The notes under the pieces: generated by a model
What the model saw: only the letters and a program-made list of their open reading frames with translations
What the model was told of the DNA's origin: nothing
Database searches by the model: none
Source of the DNA: an uncultured Solirubrobacterales bacterium
Lineage (GTDB): Bacteria; Actinomycetota; Thermoleophilia; Solirubrobacterales; JBBDJG01
Direction: 5' to 3'
Length of the DNA: 64,000 nucleotides
Assembly: GCA_963716195.1 (NCBI GenBank)
Contig: OY970293.1
Location: 792,462-856,461 of the forward strand
Position numbers and translations under genes: made by a program
Shown here: positions 38,239 through 48,117 of the stretch, piece by piece
Layout of the letters: the number at the start of each line of letters is the position of its first letter
Position numbering within the stretch: the stretch's first letter is position 1

Positions 38239-39633
38239 CTATGTTCCCTCGTCCGCCGCCGCCAGCCGCAGCTCCAGCTCCTCCGTCGAGCCAGGTCGGA
38301 CGGCCTCCTCGCCGGCCGCGACCGGTCTGCGGTAGACGGCGTACAGGAAGGTCGACAGCAAGGCCGCGGTGGCGATGAACGCCACCTCCACCTCGCGCAC
38401 GACCTCCATGCTCCCGATCAGCAGGAAAGAGACGAAGAACGTCGCTGACAGCGCCCAGCCAATGGCGGCGATCCGGGCGCGGCCCTGCGCGAGCGCCGCC
38501 TGGTTCAACGTGGTGGCGGCCAGGTAGAGGCCCGTGCCGGCGGCGACCAGCGCCAGGCCGAAGCGGTCGTAATCGAAGCCCGATCCGAACAGCAGCCGCA
38601 TCACCTCGGGCCCGACGGCGAGCACGCCGAGCACCGTCGCAAGCCCGAACCCGAGGCAGGCCAACACGGTCAGGCGCACGCTACGCCGGAAGTCGCCCTC
38701 GTAACGCGCGTCTCCCTCCCGCACCATCAGGCGCGTGAGGTGGGGGAGAAGGGTGGTGGCAACTGCTTGAAACAGCTGGAGTGGGGCCCGCGCGATCATC
38801 AGCACGGCGAACACCAGCGCGGTCAGGTACGTGCTGCGGGTGTCGACCCTGACGATCAGAACGCCGGCGTTCAGGATCAGCTGCTCGGAGAACATGATCA
38901 GCAGCACTGCACCCGCGAACGCGACGCCGCGCGAGAGGGTGAACTCGCCCTCCGTCGAGTCCGAATGCGCGGCCGCCGCCGACGCCCGCCGGACGTGGCC
39001 GCGCAGGGCCCACGGAACCACGCATAGGCTCACGAGCGGGGCGGCCGCGATCGCGAGCGCGGCCACGCTGCGTTCGCCCGACACGCCGACGACCAGCAGG
39101 ATGCCGACCGCCACGCGGGAGCTCGCCTCGAGCAGCACCAGGCCGCCATACAGGCCGAACATGCGCTGCCCGGCGAGGTAGCCGCGAGCGAAGTAGCTCG
39201 CCGCGTAAAGCGCGACCGCGACGATGAACGACCAGTAGAGAGTGGTGTGGTCAGAAAAGAGCCGATGCTGGATCTGGTCGCGCAGGAGCAGCGCAAGGAG
39301 GATGAACACCAACACGAGCGCGAGCTGGATCGTCGCCGCCACGCGCAACGTGGGTCCGATCGAGCGATCCCTCGCCCGCTGCTCGGCGATGGTCCGCGAC
39401 AGCAGCTGCTCGACCGGCCGGTAGATGACGGAGGCGGTCAGGAAGACGGCGGCCCACAACGTGGCGATCGTCCCGTATTCGTCGACACCGAGCGCATGGG
39501 CAGCGAGCGAGTGGAACGCATAGGTCAGGAGTCCTGTGGCGCCGATCAGCGCCGACAGAAGCGCGGCTCCGCGGCCGTACGAGATCCCTTCGTCGGCGTC
39601 CGCGGGCTGCGTGCGCTCGGGTGCGTCCGGCAC
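38239..39633 (-). CDS. MOP-superfamily polysaccharide/lipid-linked-oligosaccharide flippase (Wzx/MurJ-like)
   Basis: 464 aa with about 12-14 predicted TM helices and the Arg-rich loops typical of polysaccharide biosynthesis proteins. GTG start. Confidence 0.7.
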   Translation of the reverse strand: MPDAPERTQPADADEGISYGRGAALLSALIGATGLLTYAFHSLAAHALGVDEYGTIATLWAAVFLTASVIYRPVEQLLSRTIAEQRARDRSIGPTLRVAATIQLALVLVFILLALLLRDQIQHRLFSDHTTLYWSFIVAVALYAASYFARGYLAGQRMFGLYGGLVLLEASSRVAVGILLVVGVSGERSVAALAIAAAPLVSLCVVPWALRGHVRRASAAAAHSDSTEGEFTLSRGVAFAGAVLLIMFSEQLILNAGVLIVRVDTRSTYLTALVFAVLMIARAPLQLFQAVATTLLPHLTRLMVREGDARYEGDFRRSVRLTVLACLGFGLATVLGVLAVGPEVMRLLFGSGFDYDRFGLALVAAGTGLYLAATTLNQAALAQGRARIAAIGWALSATFFVSFLLIGSMEVVREVEVAFIATAALLSTFLYAVYRRPVAAGEEAVRPGSTEELELRLAAADEGT

Positions 39634-39634
39634 T

Positions 39635-39836
39635 TAGATGATTGATTCCGCGGCCGCGTGCGCGACCGGGGCGCGGCAGATCAAGCTGGACAAGGATCTC
39701 GCGCTTCGCGCTCGCACCGGCGCCTTCGGCGCCTCGCGAAGCCCATGCTGGTTGCATGGGCGAGTCCGAGGACGCAGGTCCGGCGCAGGTATGCCGCGTC
39801 ATCGGCGCGTGCGTGGATCGTGGGATCAGTCATCTA
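39635..39836. repeat. MITE-like repeat, family 2, copy 1 (202 bp)
   Basis: Ends are TAGATGATTGATTCC and GGGATCAGTCATCTA (inverted). Colinear with the reverse complement of 54057-54223 through blocks AGCTGGACAAG, GAAGCCCATGC, GCATGGGCGA, CCGAGGACGC. Confidence 0.65.
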
Positions 39837-39838
39837 TC

Positions 39839-40468
39839 TCAGCCGACCCGGACGAGCGCCATCGTCCAGGGGAACGGCGAGCGGAGCTCGGCGACGTCGC
39901 CGTGACGGGCGAGCATCCGCGTAAAGCCCCGCTTGGACCAGTGATTCAGATGGCCCGGTGTGTTGCCGAAGTCGCGCAGGTACGCGCCGCGGGCCACGTT
40001 GAGCGCGCGCCACAACGGCTCACGCGGCACGCTGGCTAGCAGCCAGCGGGATGAGACGCGCGCCATCTCGCCCACCACGCCCTCAGGGTCGGGCACGTGC
40101 TCGAGCACCTCCATGGCGGAAGACAGCTCGAACTCGCGATCGCCGAACGGCAGCGTGTCGCCGGTGCCGACCGCGAACTTCAGGTTGGCGCAGTCGCGTC
40201 GCTCCCATTCCACCCGCAGCTTCGGGTCGTCCAGGTCGATCCCGACGATGCGGGCCCCGGAGTAGCGGCGTGCCCACTGCTCGGTGAGGACTCCCTCGCC
40301 GCAGCCCACGTCCACGATCGAGCGCGGTGAGGCCTGGTCCATGAGCTCGCGCATGTCGCGCTCGAAGCCCGCCATCAGGCGCTTTACGACCGGGTTCGTC
40401 GAGCCGTACTTGTCGTACGTGTTGCCCGTCGGTACGGACTGCGGCTCGGCCGGTGCCGTCCGGGTCAC
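39839..40468 (-). CDS. class I SAM-dependent methyltransferase
   Basis: VDVGCGEGVLT SAM motif I, then the motif II/III pattern. GTGA overlap with the upstream GT2 gene. Confidence 0.85.
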   Translation of the reverse strand: MTRTAPAEPQSVPTGNTYDKYGSTNPVVKRLMAGFERDMRELMDQASPRSIVDVGCGEGVLTEQWARRYSGARIVGIDLDDPKLRVEWERRDCANLKFAVGTGDTLPFGDREFELSSAMEVLEHVPDPEGVVGEMARVSSRWLLASVPREPLWRALNVARGAYLRDFGNTPGHLNHWSKRGFTRMLARHGDVAELRSPFPWTMALVRVG

Positions 40469-41535
40469 GGCGGACCCTCGCGGGTGGTGATCGGTGTCGC
40501 CGCGCGGGTTTCCTCTTCCACGGGCACTTCGCCCAGGCTCGACGGGGGCGCTGCCGGCACGGGTGAGCCCGGTTCGTAGTGCGACGGCTCGACCCCGAGC
40601 TTCAGCTCGATCCTGCGCGTGCGCTCGAGCGAGCGCTGGATCAGGACGCGGTTGTTGGCCAGCAGATCGCCGATCACGCCGAGCGCCGCCAGCTGAACCG
40701 CCACCACGAACAGCATCGACCCGAGCACGACCGACTGGACGTGGCCCTGGCCCTCGCCCTGGATGAACAGGACCGCGAACCGGCCCCAGACCACCAACGC
40801 TGCGAGCGCGACAACGGCGGCCGCGGTCAGGAACACGCGCAGCGGCTCGTAAGTCGTGTAGATGCGGAAGATCGCGAGCGTGTTGCTGCGCACGTAGGAC
40901 GAGATCGACTTGAACAGGCGGGACTCGCGCATCTTCGGGTTGGTCCGGATCGAGACGTGGTCGATCGCGACGAGCATCTTGCCGGCCTGGATCACGGTCT
41001 CGAGCGTGTACGTGAACCGAGACACGACTTGCACCTGCAGCGCGGCCTCGCGGTTGTACGCACGAAAGCCCGACGTCGTATCGGGGACCGACGTCTCGGA
41101 CGCGCGGCGCACGACCCAGCTGCCGAGGCGCTGGAGGAGCTTCTTGGTGGCGGAGAAGTGGTCGACGGTCTTCACCTCACGGTCGCCGATCACCATGTCC
41201 GCCTCGCCACGCAGGATCGGCGCCACCAGCTTCGGGATGTCGCGCGCGTCGTACTGGTTGTCCGCGTCGGTGTTGACGATCACGTCGGCGCCGAGCTTCA
41301 GGGAGGCGTCGAGCCCCGCCTGGAACGCGCTGGCGAGTCCCTTGTTGTTCGTCAGGCGCACGATGTGATCGACGCCGTGCTCGCGTGCGACCTCCACCGT
41401 GCGGTCACGTGAGCCGTCGTCGATCACCAGCCACTCGACCTGGTCGAAGCCCTCGACACGGCGCGGGAGGTCGCGCAGGGTGACCGGGAGAGAGGTCTCC
41501 TCGTTGAGGCAGGGAATCTGGATGATCAGCTTCAT
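40465..41535 (-). CDS. GT2 polyprenyl-phosphate glycosyltransferase (ArnC/GtrB/Dpm1-like) with two C-terminal TM helices
   Basis: IPCLNEE, DDGSRD and DADNQ motifs. C-terminal hydrophobic pair as in GtrB/ArnC. Confidence 0.88.
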   Translation of the reverse strand: MKLIIQIPCLNEETSLPVTLRDLPRRVEGFDQVEWLVIDDGSRDRTVEVAREHGVDHIVRLTNNKGLASAFQAGLDASLKLGADVIVNTDADNQYDARDIPKLVAPILRGEADMVIGDREVKTVDHFSATKKLLQRLGSWVVRRASETSVPDTTSGFRAYNREAALQVQVVSRFTYTLETVIQAGKMLVAIDHVSIRTNPKMRESRLFKSISSYVRSNTLAIFRIYTTYEPLRVFLTAAAVVALAALVVWGRFAVLFIQGEGQGHVQSVVLGSMLFVVAVQLAALGVIGDLLANNRVLIQRSLERTRRIELKLGVEPSHYEPGSPVPAAPPSSLGEVPVEEETRAATPITTREGPP

Positions 41536-41692
41536 CTCACCAAGACGAGCCGGCTGGTGGCAGCCGTCGGCAGCCCGCTGGGCAGCGAAAAGCTACTCGT
41601 CGGTCCGGAATGATTGCGTAAACTGCTCGCCAATCATCGCACGGAGGCCCGCGCCCTCGGCCGTCCGCATGTGAGCCTCCGCCGATAGCCAG

Positions 41693-43201
41693 ATGGAAAG
41701 CGCAACCGTTCAGCGTGACGCGCCCCGATCGCTGGGCGCCTTGACCCGCGTTCGCGCACTGCCCGCCAACCAGCTCGCAGTGATGGCGTTCGTCGTCCTG
41801 ATCGTGCTCGCGGTGGTCGGCTTCTTCCTGCGGCCGACCTATCCGAACTACGACAGCTACTACGCACTGTTGTGGGGGCGCGAGGTGCTCGATCTGCACC
41901 TGCCGAGCTTCGAGGCCTACCGCGCTCCGACCGAGCATCCGCTTGCGGTCGTCTTCGGCGCCGTCCTGTCGCTGTTCGGCGACGGCGCGGACCGGCTGTT
42001 CGTGCTGGTCACTCTGCTGTCGCTGGCCGTGCTTGCCGCCGGCGTGTACAGGCTCGGCCGGGTCTGCTTTACGCCCTTCGTCGGCGCGATCGCGGCGCTC
42101 CTGGTGCTGACCCGTTTCGACTTCCCGTCGCTCGCCGTGCGCGGCTACATCGACATCCCGTTCATGGCGATGGTCGTCTGGGCAGGTGCGCTCGAGGCAA
42201 CGCGGACGCGCCGCGGGTTGCCCGTCTTCCTGCTGCTGGCGGCGGCCGGCCTGCTGCGGCCGGAGGCGTGGCTGTTGGTGGGCGTGTACTTCCTGTGGAT
42301 GAGCTGGGGGGCGAGTTGGGGCGACCGGCTGCGGTATGCGGCGCTGACCGCGATCGGACCTCTGCTGTGGGTGTTGACCGATTTCATCGCGACCGGGGAT
42401 CCGCTCTTCTCGCTCAACTCGACGCAGGACCTGGCCGCGGAGCTCAAGCGCCAGAAGTCCGGCTCGGTCGTGCTCGACGTGCTGCCCCAGTTCCTGCGTG
42501 CGACCGTCAAGACGCCGGTGTACTTCGCGGCGATCGCCGGCTTTCTCATCGCGCTGTGGCGTTACCCGCTGAGGCTCGTGATCCCAGCCGTCCTCTTCCT
42601 GACCGGCGTGTTCACGTTCGTTGCGACGGGCGTGGCCGGACTGTCCGTGATCGTGCGCTATCTGATGGTGCCGTCGGTGATGATGTGCCTGTTCGCAGCC
42701 GTTGCAATCGGAGGCTTCACGATGCTCCCGCGCGGCTCACGGTTGCGCACCGCGTGGTCGCTGGCCGCAGCCGCGGCAGTGATCCTCGGCCTCGCCTATA
42801 CGAGCGTCAACCCGCCGAGTCTCACCCGCTTCGACTCCGAGCTCACGTTTCGCGGCGACGTCAGCCGCAGCCTGCGGTCGATCCTGCACAAGCCGGCCGT
42901 GCAGGACAGCCTGAGCTGCGGCGCGGTGTCCGTGCCGACGCACAAGCTGATTCCCGATGTGCGCTGGATCCTGGACGTAGGGGAGAGCAAGGTGGTCGCC
43001 CGCTCGGATCCGTCCGCGACCTCGCAGCGCAAGGCCAAGTACGGGCTCGCGCTCTTCCCCGTCGGGCGCAGGAACGTGCTGCGCACCGGCTTCGCGGTCA
43101 ACACAGAGACGCTCACCCAGGTGCCCGCCGCCGGGTTCCGGCGCATCGCCACGGACCGGTACTTCGCCGCGTACCTGCGCTGCCCACCCGGGCGCGCGTA
43201 G
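41693..43201 (+). CDS. polytopic membrane protein, GT-C-fold glycosyltransferase-like
   Basis: 502 aa with more than 10 TM helices and an acidic first loop (YPNYDSYYALLWGRE). Context: divergent from GT2 and followed by an ArnT-like gene. Family not firmly recognised. Confidence 0.5.
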   Translation: MESATVQRDAPRSLGALTRVRALPANQLAVMAFVVLIVLAVVGFFLRPTYPNYDSYYALLWGREVLDLHLPSFEAYRAPTEHPLAVVFGAVLSLFGDGADRLFVLVTLLSLAVLAAGVYRLGRVCFTPFVGAIAALLVLTRFDFPSLAVRGYIDIPFMAMVVWAGALEATRTRRGLPVFLLLAAAGLLRPEAWLLVGVYFLWMSWGASWGDRLRYAALTAIGPLLWVLTDFIATGDPLFSLNSTQDLAAELKRQKSGSVVLDVLPQFLRATVKTPVYFAAIAGFLIALWRYPLRLVIPAVLFLTGVFTFVATGVAGLSVIVRYLMVPSVMMCLFAAVAIGGFTMLPRGSRLRTAWSLAAAAAVILGLAYTSVNPPSLTRFDSELTFRGDVSRSLRSILHKPAVQDSLSCGAVSVPTHKLIPDVRWILDVGESKVVARSDPSATSQRKAKYGLALFPVGRRNVLRTGFAVNTETLTQVPAAGFRRIATDRYFAAYLRCPPGRA

Positions 43202-43209
43202 CGACGAGC

Positions 43210-44958
43210 GTGGCGAAGTACCTGCGCGCACCGTCGCGCTGGACGCTCGCCGTCGCCGCGCTTCTCGGCGGCGTGCTGGCTCTCCGCCTGTGGGGCGTCA
43301 AGCACGGCCTGCCCTACGTCTACAACGTCGACGAGAACTCGAACTTCGTGCCGACTGCGATCGGCTTCTTCTCGGGCGATTACAACCCGCACTACTTCAT
43401 AAACCCGCCCGCGTTCTCGTACCTCCTGCACGGCGTGTTCGCGGTCTGGTTCGGCGGAGGCTGGCCGTTCGGCGCGAGCGATGCCGTGTACGACGCGTAC
43501 GCCCTTCACCCGACCGAGGTGTTCGTGGTGGCCCGGGTGGTCACGGCGCTGCTGGGAACCGGGGCGGCGGCGCTCGTCTACGCCACCGGTGCCCGCCTGT
43601 TCGACCGGCGCGCCGGACTGCTCGCGGCGGCCGTGCTCGGCACCGCCTTTTTGCCGGTCTTCTACTCACACCTCGCACTCAACGACGTGCCCGCGCTCTT
43701 CGCGCTGACTCTGTCGGTGTACGGCAGCGCGGGCGTGCTGACGCAGGGGCGGCGGCGAGACTACGTGCTCGCGGGCGCCGGTCTCGGTCTCGCTGCTGCG
43801 ACGAAGTACACGGCCGCGATCGCCCTGGTGCCGCTGCTGGCCGCGAGCGCACACGGCCTCACCTCCCCTGACCTGCGCCGCCGCGCGCTTCAGGGCCTTG
43901 CGCTGGCCGGCGCGATGGCCGTGGCGGCCTTCGTGGCGGCCAACCCGCACGCTGTGCTCTCGTTTCACGAGTTCTGGGACGACGTCCAGAAGCAAGAGCG
44001 TTCCGCGGGCGACCTCGGAAAGCTCGGGCAGACCTACGACTCGGGGTTCGGCTACTACCTCTGGGTGCTGACGTGGGGGATCGGGTGGGTGCCACTGGTG
44101 TTGGCGGCGGTCGCCGTGCCCGTACTCGTTCGCCGCGATATCTGGCGCGCCGCCTTCCTCGTTCCTTGGCCGGTCCTGTTCGTCCTGTACATGGGCCTTC
44201 AGGACCGTTACTTCGGGCGCTGGTTGCTGCCGGCGCTGCCGGCGGTGGCGCTGCTCGCGGCAGCGGGCGGTGTCTGGCTAGTGGATCGCGTGCTCGCCGG
44301 TGAGCGGGCGCGCGCGCTCGCGCTCGGCGTCGCGATTGTCGCCCTGGTCGGCCAGGGACTCGTCTACAGCGTTCACCTTGACCGTGTCCTCTCGCGTGAC
44401 GACACGCGCAACCTCGCGCGGGCCTGGATGGTCGACCACGTCCCTCCGGGCTCGAAGATCGTCGTCGAGCCAATCGTGCCGGAGGCGTGGTTCGCGGATC
44501 CGGGCAAGCCGAAGCCGTTCACGCCGTCCGGGAAGCGCTGGATCAAGTTCCTCACCACGCGCACGACGATCGACGTGGATACCGGCCGAAAACGCCGGGG
44601 CGGCGTCGGCACCACGATCTCGATCGAGGACTACGAGCGCACCCTGCGCCCCGAGCTCGTCGGCGCGTACGAGCGCGGCGGCTACTGCTGGGTCATGATC
44701 GGATCGACCCAGTACGGCAGGGCGCTGGTGCAGCCGGAGCAGGTTCCGAACGCGCTGCCCTATTACCGCGCGCTCGCCGAGCGCGGCCGGCGGCTGTACC
44801 GGATCGATCCGTACAAGCCCGGCGAGGGGCCGGTCGAGTTCAACTTCGACTGGAGCTTCGACTACTACCCGCTGGCGTACGAGCGGCCCGGACCGACGGT
44901 GATCGTGTACCGGCTGGACCGAGGCGCATGCGCCGGGCGCCCGCGGGGCGCCGAGTAG
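43210..44958 (+). CDS. ArnT/PMT-like (GT39/GT83-type) membrane glycosyltransferase
   Basis: GTG 43210. The first loop YNVDENSNF carries the acidic motif typical of GT-C enzymes. Multi-TM N-terminal half plus a soluble C-terminal domain. The track ORF 41872.. is over-extended. Confidence 0.78.
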   Translation: MAKYLRAPSRWTLAVAALLGGVLALRLWGVKHGLPYVYNVDENSNFVPTAIGFFSGDYNPHYFINPPAFSYLLHGVFAVWFGGGWPFGASDAVYDAYALHPTEVFVVARVVTALLGTGAAALVYATGARLFDRRAGLLAAAVLGTAFLPVFYSHLALNDVPALFALTLSVYGSAGVLTQGRRRDYVLAGAGLGLAAATKYTAAIALVPLLAASAHGLTSPDLRRRALQGLALAGAMAVAAFVAANPHAVLSFHEFWDDVQKQERSAGDLGKLGQTYDSGFGYYLWVLTWGIGWVPLVLAAVAVPVLVRRDIWRAAFLVPWPVLFVLYMGLQDRYFGRWLLPALPAVALLAAAGGVWLVDRVLAGERARALALGVAIVALVGQGLVYSVHLDRVLSRDDTRNLARAWMVDHVPPGSKIVVEPIVPEAWFADPGKPKPFTPSGKRWIKFLTTRTTIDVDTGRKRRGGVGTTISIEDYERTLRPELVGAYERGGYCWVMIGSTQYGRALVQPEQVPNALPYYRALAERGRRLYRIDPYKPGEGPVEFNFDWSFDYYPLAYERPGPTVIVYRLDRGACAGRPRGAE

Positions 44959-44960
44959 AA

Positions 44961-44976
44961 TTGACTCGCGAGTCAA
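44961..44976. promoter_or_regulatory. perfect 16-bp palindrome TTGACTCGCGAGTCAA upstream of ribD
   Basis: Read directly from the sequence. It lies 3 nt after the glycosyltransferase stop and 72 nt before the ribD GTG. It could be an operator or a hairpin. Confidence 0.3.
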
Positions 44977-45048
44977 CAGACGCTGCCTTCTCAGGCCTCC
45001 CGCCGCTGGCCTCGAGCGAACGCGTCGGACCGTCGCTGAGGACCGAGA

Positions 45049-46161
45049 GTGGTGACCGAGCAGGACCAGGAGCACCTTAGAAGGGCGATCGAGCTAGCGC
45101 GCCGCGGAAGCGGGCACGCGAGTCCGAACCCGATCGTCGGGGCGGTGATCGTGCGTGACGGCGACATACTCGGCGAGGGCTTCCACAGCGCCTATGGCGC
45201 CGAGCACGCTGAGGTCGCGGCTCTCGCCAGCTGCAGGGAGGACCCCGTCGGTGCCACGTTGTACGTGACGCTCGAGCCCTGCTGCCACCAGGGGCAGACG
45301 CCGCCCTGCACCGACGCGATCATGAGCGCCGGAATCAAGCGGGTCGTCGTCGCCTCCGATGACCCGAGCGAGAAGGCCGCCGGCCGGGGGCTCGGCATCC
45401 TGCGCGACGAGGGCATCGCGGTGGAGACAGTGGACGGCGAGTTTGCCCGCGAGGCGCGCCTGCTCAATCAGCCGTTTCGCAAGCTCGCGCTCACCGGTCG
45501 GCCGCATGTGATCTTCAAGTCCGCGATGAGCCTGGACGGAAGGGTCGCCACGCAGACAGGCGACTCGAAGTGGATCTCCGGCGAGGAGAGCCGCCGCCTC
45601 GTGCATCGCTGGCGCGCGGAGGTCGACGCCGTCTGCGTCGGAATCGGGACGGCGCTGGCCGACGACCCGCTGCTGACCGCGCGCACCGACGAAGCCGTTC
45701 GCCAGCCCAAGCGCGTCGTGTTCGACTCGGAGGGCAGGCTGCCCATCGACAGCGCGCTGGTGCGCACTGCGCCGGAGGTACCACTGATCGTCGTCGTATC
45801 TCGCGCCTGCGGGCGGGTTGCGGCCGACGGTCTGCGAGCGGCCGGCGCCGAGATCGTGACCGCAGCGGGCGGCAACGAGCAGGAGCGCGTCCACGACGCC
45901 CTGGAAAAGCTTGGCGAGATGGGCATCCAGAGCATGCTGCTCGAGGGCGGCCCGCGGCTCGCGGGCGCTTTCCTGGACGCAGGCAACGTGGACGAGATGC
46001 GGCTGTTCATCGCCCCGATCGCGCTCGGCGGCCGCTCGGCGCGGGGAGCGTTCGAGGGCGAAGGAGCGGACTCGATCGCGGTCGCCCAGCGCGCGCTGCG
46101 GATGAGCTGCAGCACGATCGACGAGGACGTGCTCATCGAAGCGACGCTGCAGGAGTGGTAG
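45049..46161 (+). CDS. ribD: bifunctional riboflavin biosynthesis deaminase/reductase
   Basis: Zinc deaminase motifs HAEVAAL and PCCHQGQTPPC, plus a reductase C-terminal domain. Confidence 0.93.
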   Translation: MVTEQDQEHLRRAIELARRGSGHASPNPIVGAVIVRDGDILGEGFHSAYGAEHAEVAALASCREDPVGATLYVTLEPCCHQGQTPPCTDAIMSAGIKRVVVASDDPSEKAAGRGLGILRDEGIAVETVDGEFAREARLLNQPFRKLALTGRPHVIFKSAMSLDGRVATQTGDSKWISGEESRRLVHRWRAEVDAVCVGIGTALADDPLLTARTDEAVRQPKRVVFDSEGRLPIDSALVRTAPEVPLIVVVSRACGRVAADGLRAAGAEIVTAAGGNEQERVHDALEKLGEMGIQSMLLEGGPRLAGAFLDAGNVDEMRLFIAPIALGGRSARGAFEGEGADSIAVAQRALRMSCSTIDEDVLIEATLQEW

Positions 46162-46168
46162 GCCGCTG

Positions 46169-46765
46169 ATGTTCACGGGCCTTGTTCAAGCGGTCGGCAC
46201 CGTCCAGTCGCTTTCCGGCGACGATGCCGGAACGCGCCTTCGGATCTCCGCGCCGCTTGCGTCGGAGCTGAACGAAGGCGACTCCGTGCTCGTGAACGGC
46301 GTCTGTCTGACCGCGGTAAGGCCGTCGGCAGACGCGTTCGAGGCGGATCTCAGCTCTGAGACCCTGAATCGCAGCTCGCTAGCCGACGTCTCCCAGGGGG
46401 ACCGCGTCAACCTGGAGCTCGCGCTGCGCGCGAGCGACCGTCTCGGTGGCCACGTCGTGCAGGGGCATGTCGACGGCGTGGGCGAGGTGAGCGCGGTCGA
46501 GGACGACGGCAGCTCGCGCGAGGTGCGGATCCAGGCGCCGGCCGAGCTACTGCGCTACGTCGTGGAGAAGGGGTCGATCGCCGTCGACGGTGTCAGCCTC
46601 ACGGTCACCGAGGTGAACGAAAGCGAGTTCGGCGTGGCCCTGATCCCCGAGACGCTGTCGCGCACGACATTCGGACAGGCCTCGCCAGGCCGGAAGGTTA
46701 ATCTGGAGGTCGACGTGTTTGCCAAGTACGTGGAGAAGCTCCTGGGGGCCCGGGCGCGGTCATGA
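46169..46765 (+). CDS. ribE: riboflavin synthase alpha chain
   Basis: MFTGLV N-terminus and two lumazine-binding repeats. Confidence 0.93.
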   Translation: MFTGLVQAVGTVQSLSGDDAGTRLRISAPLASELNEGDSVLVNGVCLTAVRPSADAFEADLSSETLNRSSLADVSQGDRVNLELALRASDRLGGHVVQGHVDGVGEVSAVEDDGSSREVRIQAPAELLRYVVEKGSIAVDGVSLTVTEVNESEFGVALIPETLSRTTFGQASPGRKVNLEVDVFAKYVEKLLGARARS

Positions 46766-48117
46766 GCCAGCCGGCGTTCAGCACGATCGAGGAGGCGCTC
46801 GAGGACGTCCGCGCCGGCAAGATGGTCGTCGTCTGCGATGCCGAGGATCGCGAGAACGAAGGCGACCTGACGCTCGCGGCGCAGTTCGCGACGCCGGACA
46901 ACATCAACTTCATGGCGCGCGAGGGCCGCGGGTTGATCTGCCTCGCGCTCACGCCGGAGCGCTGCGACGAGCTTGGTCTCGATCTGATGGCGGCGAAGAA
47001 CGAGTCGTCCTTCGAGACCGCCTTCACCGTCTCCGTCGAGGCGCGCGAAGGGGTCACCACCGGCATCTCCGCGCACGACCGCGCTCGCACCATCCAGGTC
47101 GCGATCGACTCGCGCTCGCAGCCGGCGGACCTGGTCCAGCCGGGTCACGTCTTTCCGCTCAAGGCACGCAGTGGCGGCGTGCTCGAGCGCACCGGGCAGA
47201 CCGAGGCGGGCGTCGACCTTGCGCGACTCGCCGGTCTCATCCCGGCGGCTGTGATCTGCGAGATCATGAACGACGACGGCACGATGGCGCGGGTCAAGGA
47301 CCTGATCCCGTACTGCGAGCGCCATTCGCTGAAGATGATCACGGTGGCGGACCTGATCAAGTACCGCCGCCGCACCGAGCGCCTCGTCGAGCGCGTCGCC
47401 GAGGCGGGGCTGCCGACCGAGTTCGGTGACTTCAACGTCGTCGGCTACCGCTCACTGCTCGATAACAAACATCACGTAGCGCTCGTCAAGGGCGACGTCG
47501 CCGCGGCGGGACGCCGCGGCGATGCTGTCATGGTGCGCGTGCACTCAGAATGCCTGACCGGAGACGTGTTCCATTCGCTGCGTTGCGACTGCGGTGACCA
47601 GCTCGCAGATGCGCTGCGCAAGATCGAGGACGAGGGCCTCGGCGTCCTGCTCTACCTGTCCCAGGAGGGACGCGGCATCGGCCTCCTCAACAAGCTGCGC
47701 GCGTACAAGCTTCAGGAGAACGGGTTCGACACCGTCGACGCCAACCTCGAGCTCGGGCTGCCCGCCGACCTGCGCGACTACGGCATCGGCGCACAGATAC
47801 TCGTCGACCTCGGATTGAGCTCGATTCGCATCCTCACGAACAACCCGAAGAAGATCGTCGGGCTCGAGGGCTACGGCCTCACCGTCACGGACCAGATCCC
47901 GATCGAGCAGGTGCCGGGCGAGCACAACCGGGACTATCTGCGCACCAAGCGCGACAAGCTCGGCCACACGCTCCATCATCAGGGCCTGCCGCTCGACGAG
48001 GACATGTTCCGCGAGGAACGCCAGGCCGACCGCGACAGGAAGGTCGCCGAGTCGAGGCTCGTGACCGGGATGGTCGATCAGTCCGATCTCGAGGACCTCG
48101 AGAAGACACGTGAGTAA
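46762..48117 (+). CDS. ribBA: bifunctional 3,4-dihydroxy-2-butanone-4-phosphate synthase / GTP cyclohydrolase II
   Basis: DRENEGDL (DHBPS) and [20 protein letters not shown] (GCH II). About 50 aa C-terminal tail. ATGA overlap with ribE. Confidence 0.95.
   Translation: MSQPAFSTIEEALEDVRAGKMVVVCDAEDRENEGDLTLAAQFATPDNINFMAREGRGLICLALTPERCDELGLDLMAAKNESSFETAFTVSVEAREGVTTGISAHDRARTIQVAIDSRSQPADLVQPGHVFPLKARSGGVLERTGQTEAGVDLARLAGLIPAAVICEIMNDDGTMARVKDLIPYCERHSLKMITVADLIKYRRRTERLVERVAEAGLPTEFGDFNVVGYRSLLDNKHHVALVKGDVAAAGRRGDAVMVRVHSECLTGDVFHSLRCDCGDQLADALRKIEDEGLGVLLYLSQEGRGIGLLNKLRAYKLQENGFDTVDANLELGLPADLRDYGIGAQILVDLGLSSIRILTNNPKKIVGLEGYGLTVTDQIPIEQVPGEHNRDYLRTKRDKLGHTLHHQGLPLDEDMFREERQADRDRKVAESRLVTGMVDQSDLEDLEKTRE

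Noticed and set aside
44959-45048. Possible FMN riboswitch upstream of ribD
   Set aside because: The leader is only 90 nt and lacks the conserved RFN core sequences.
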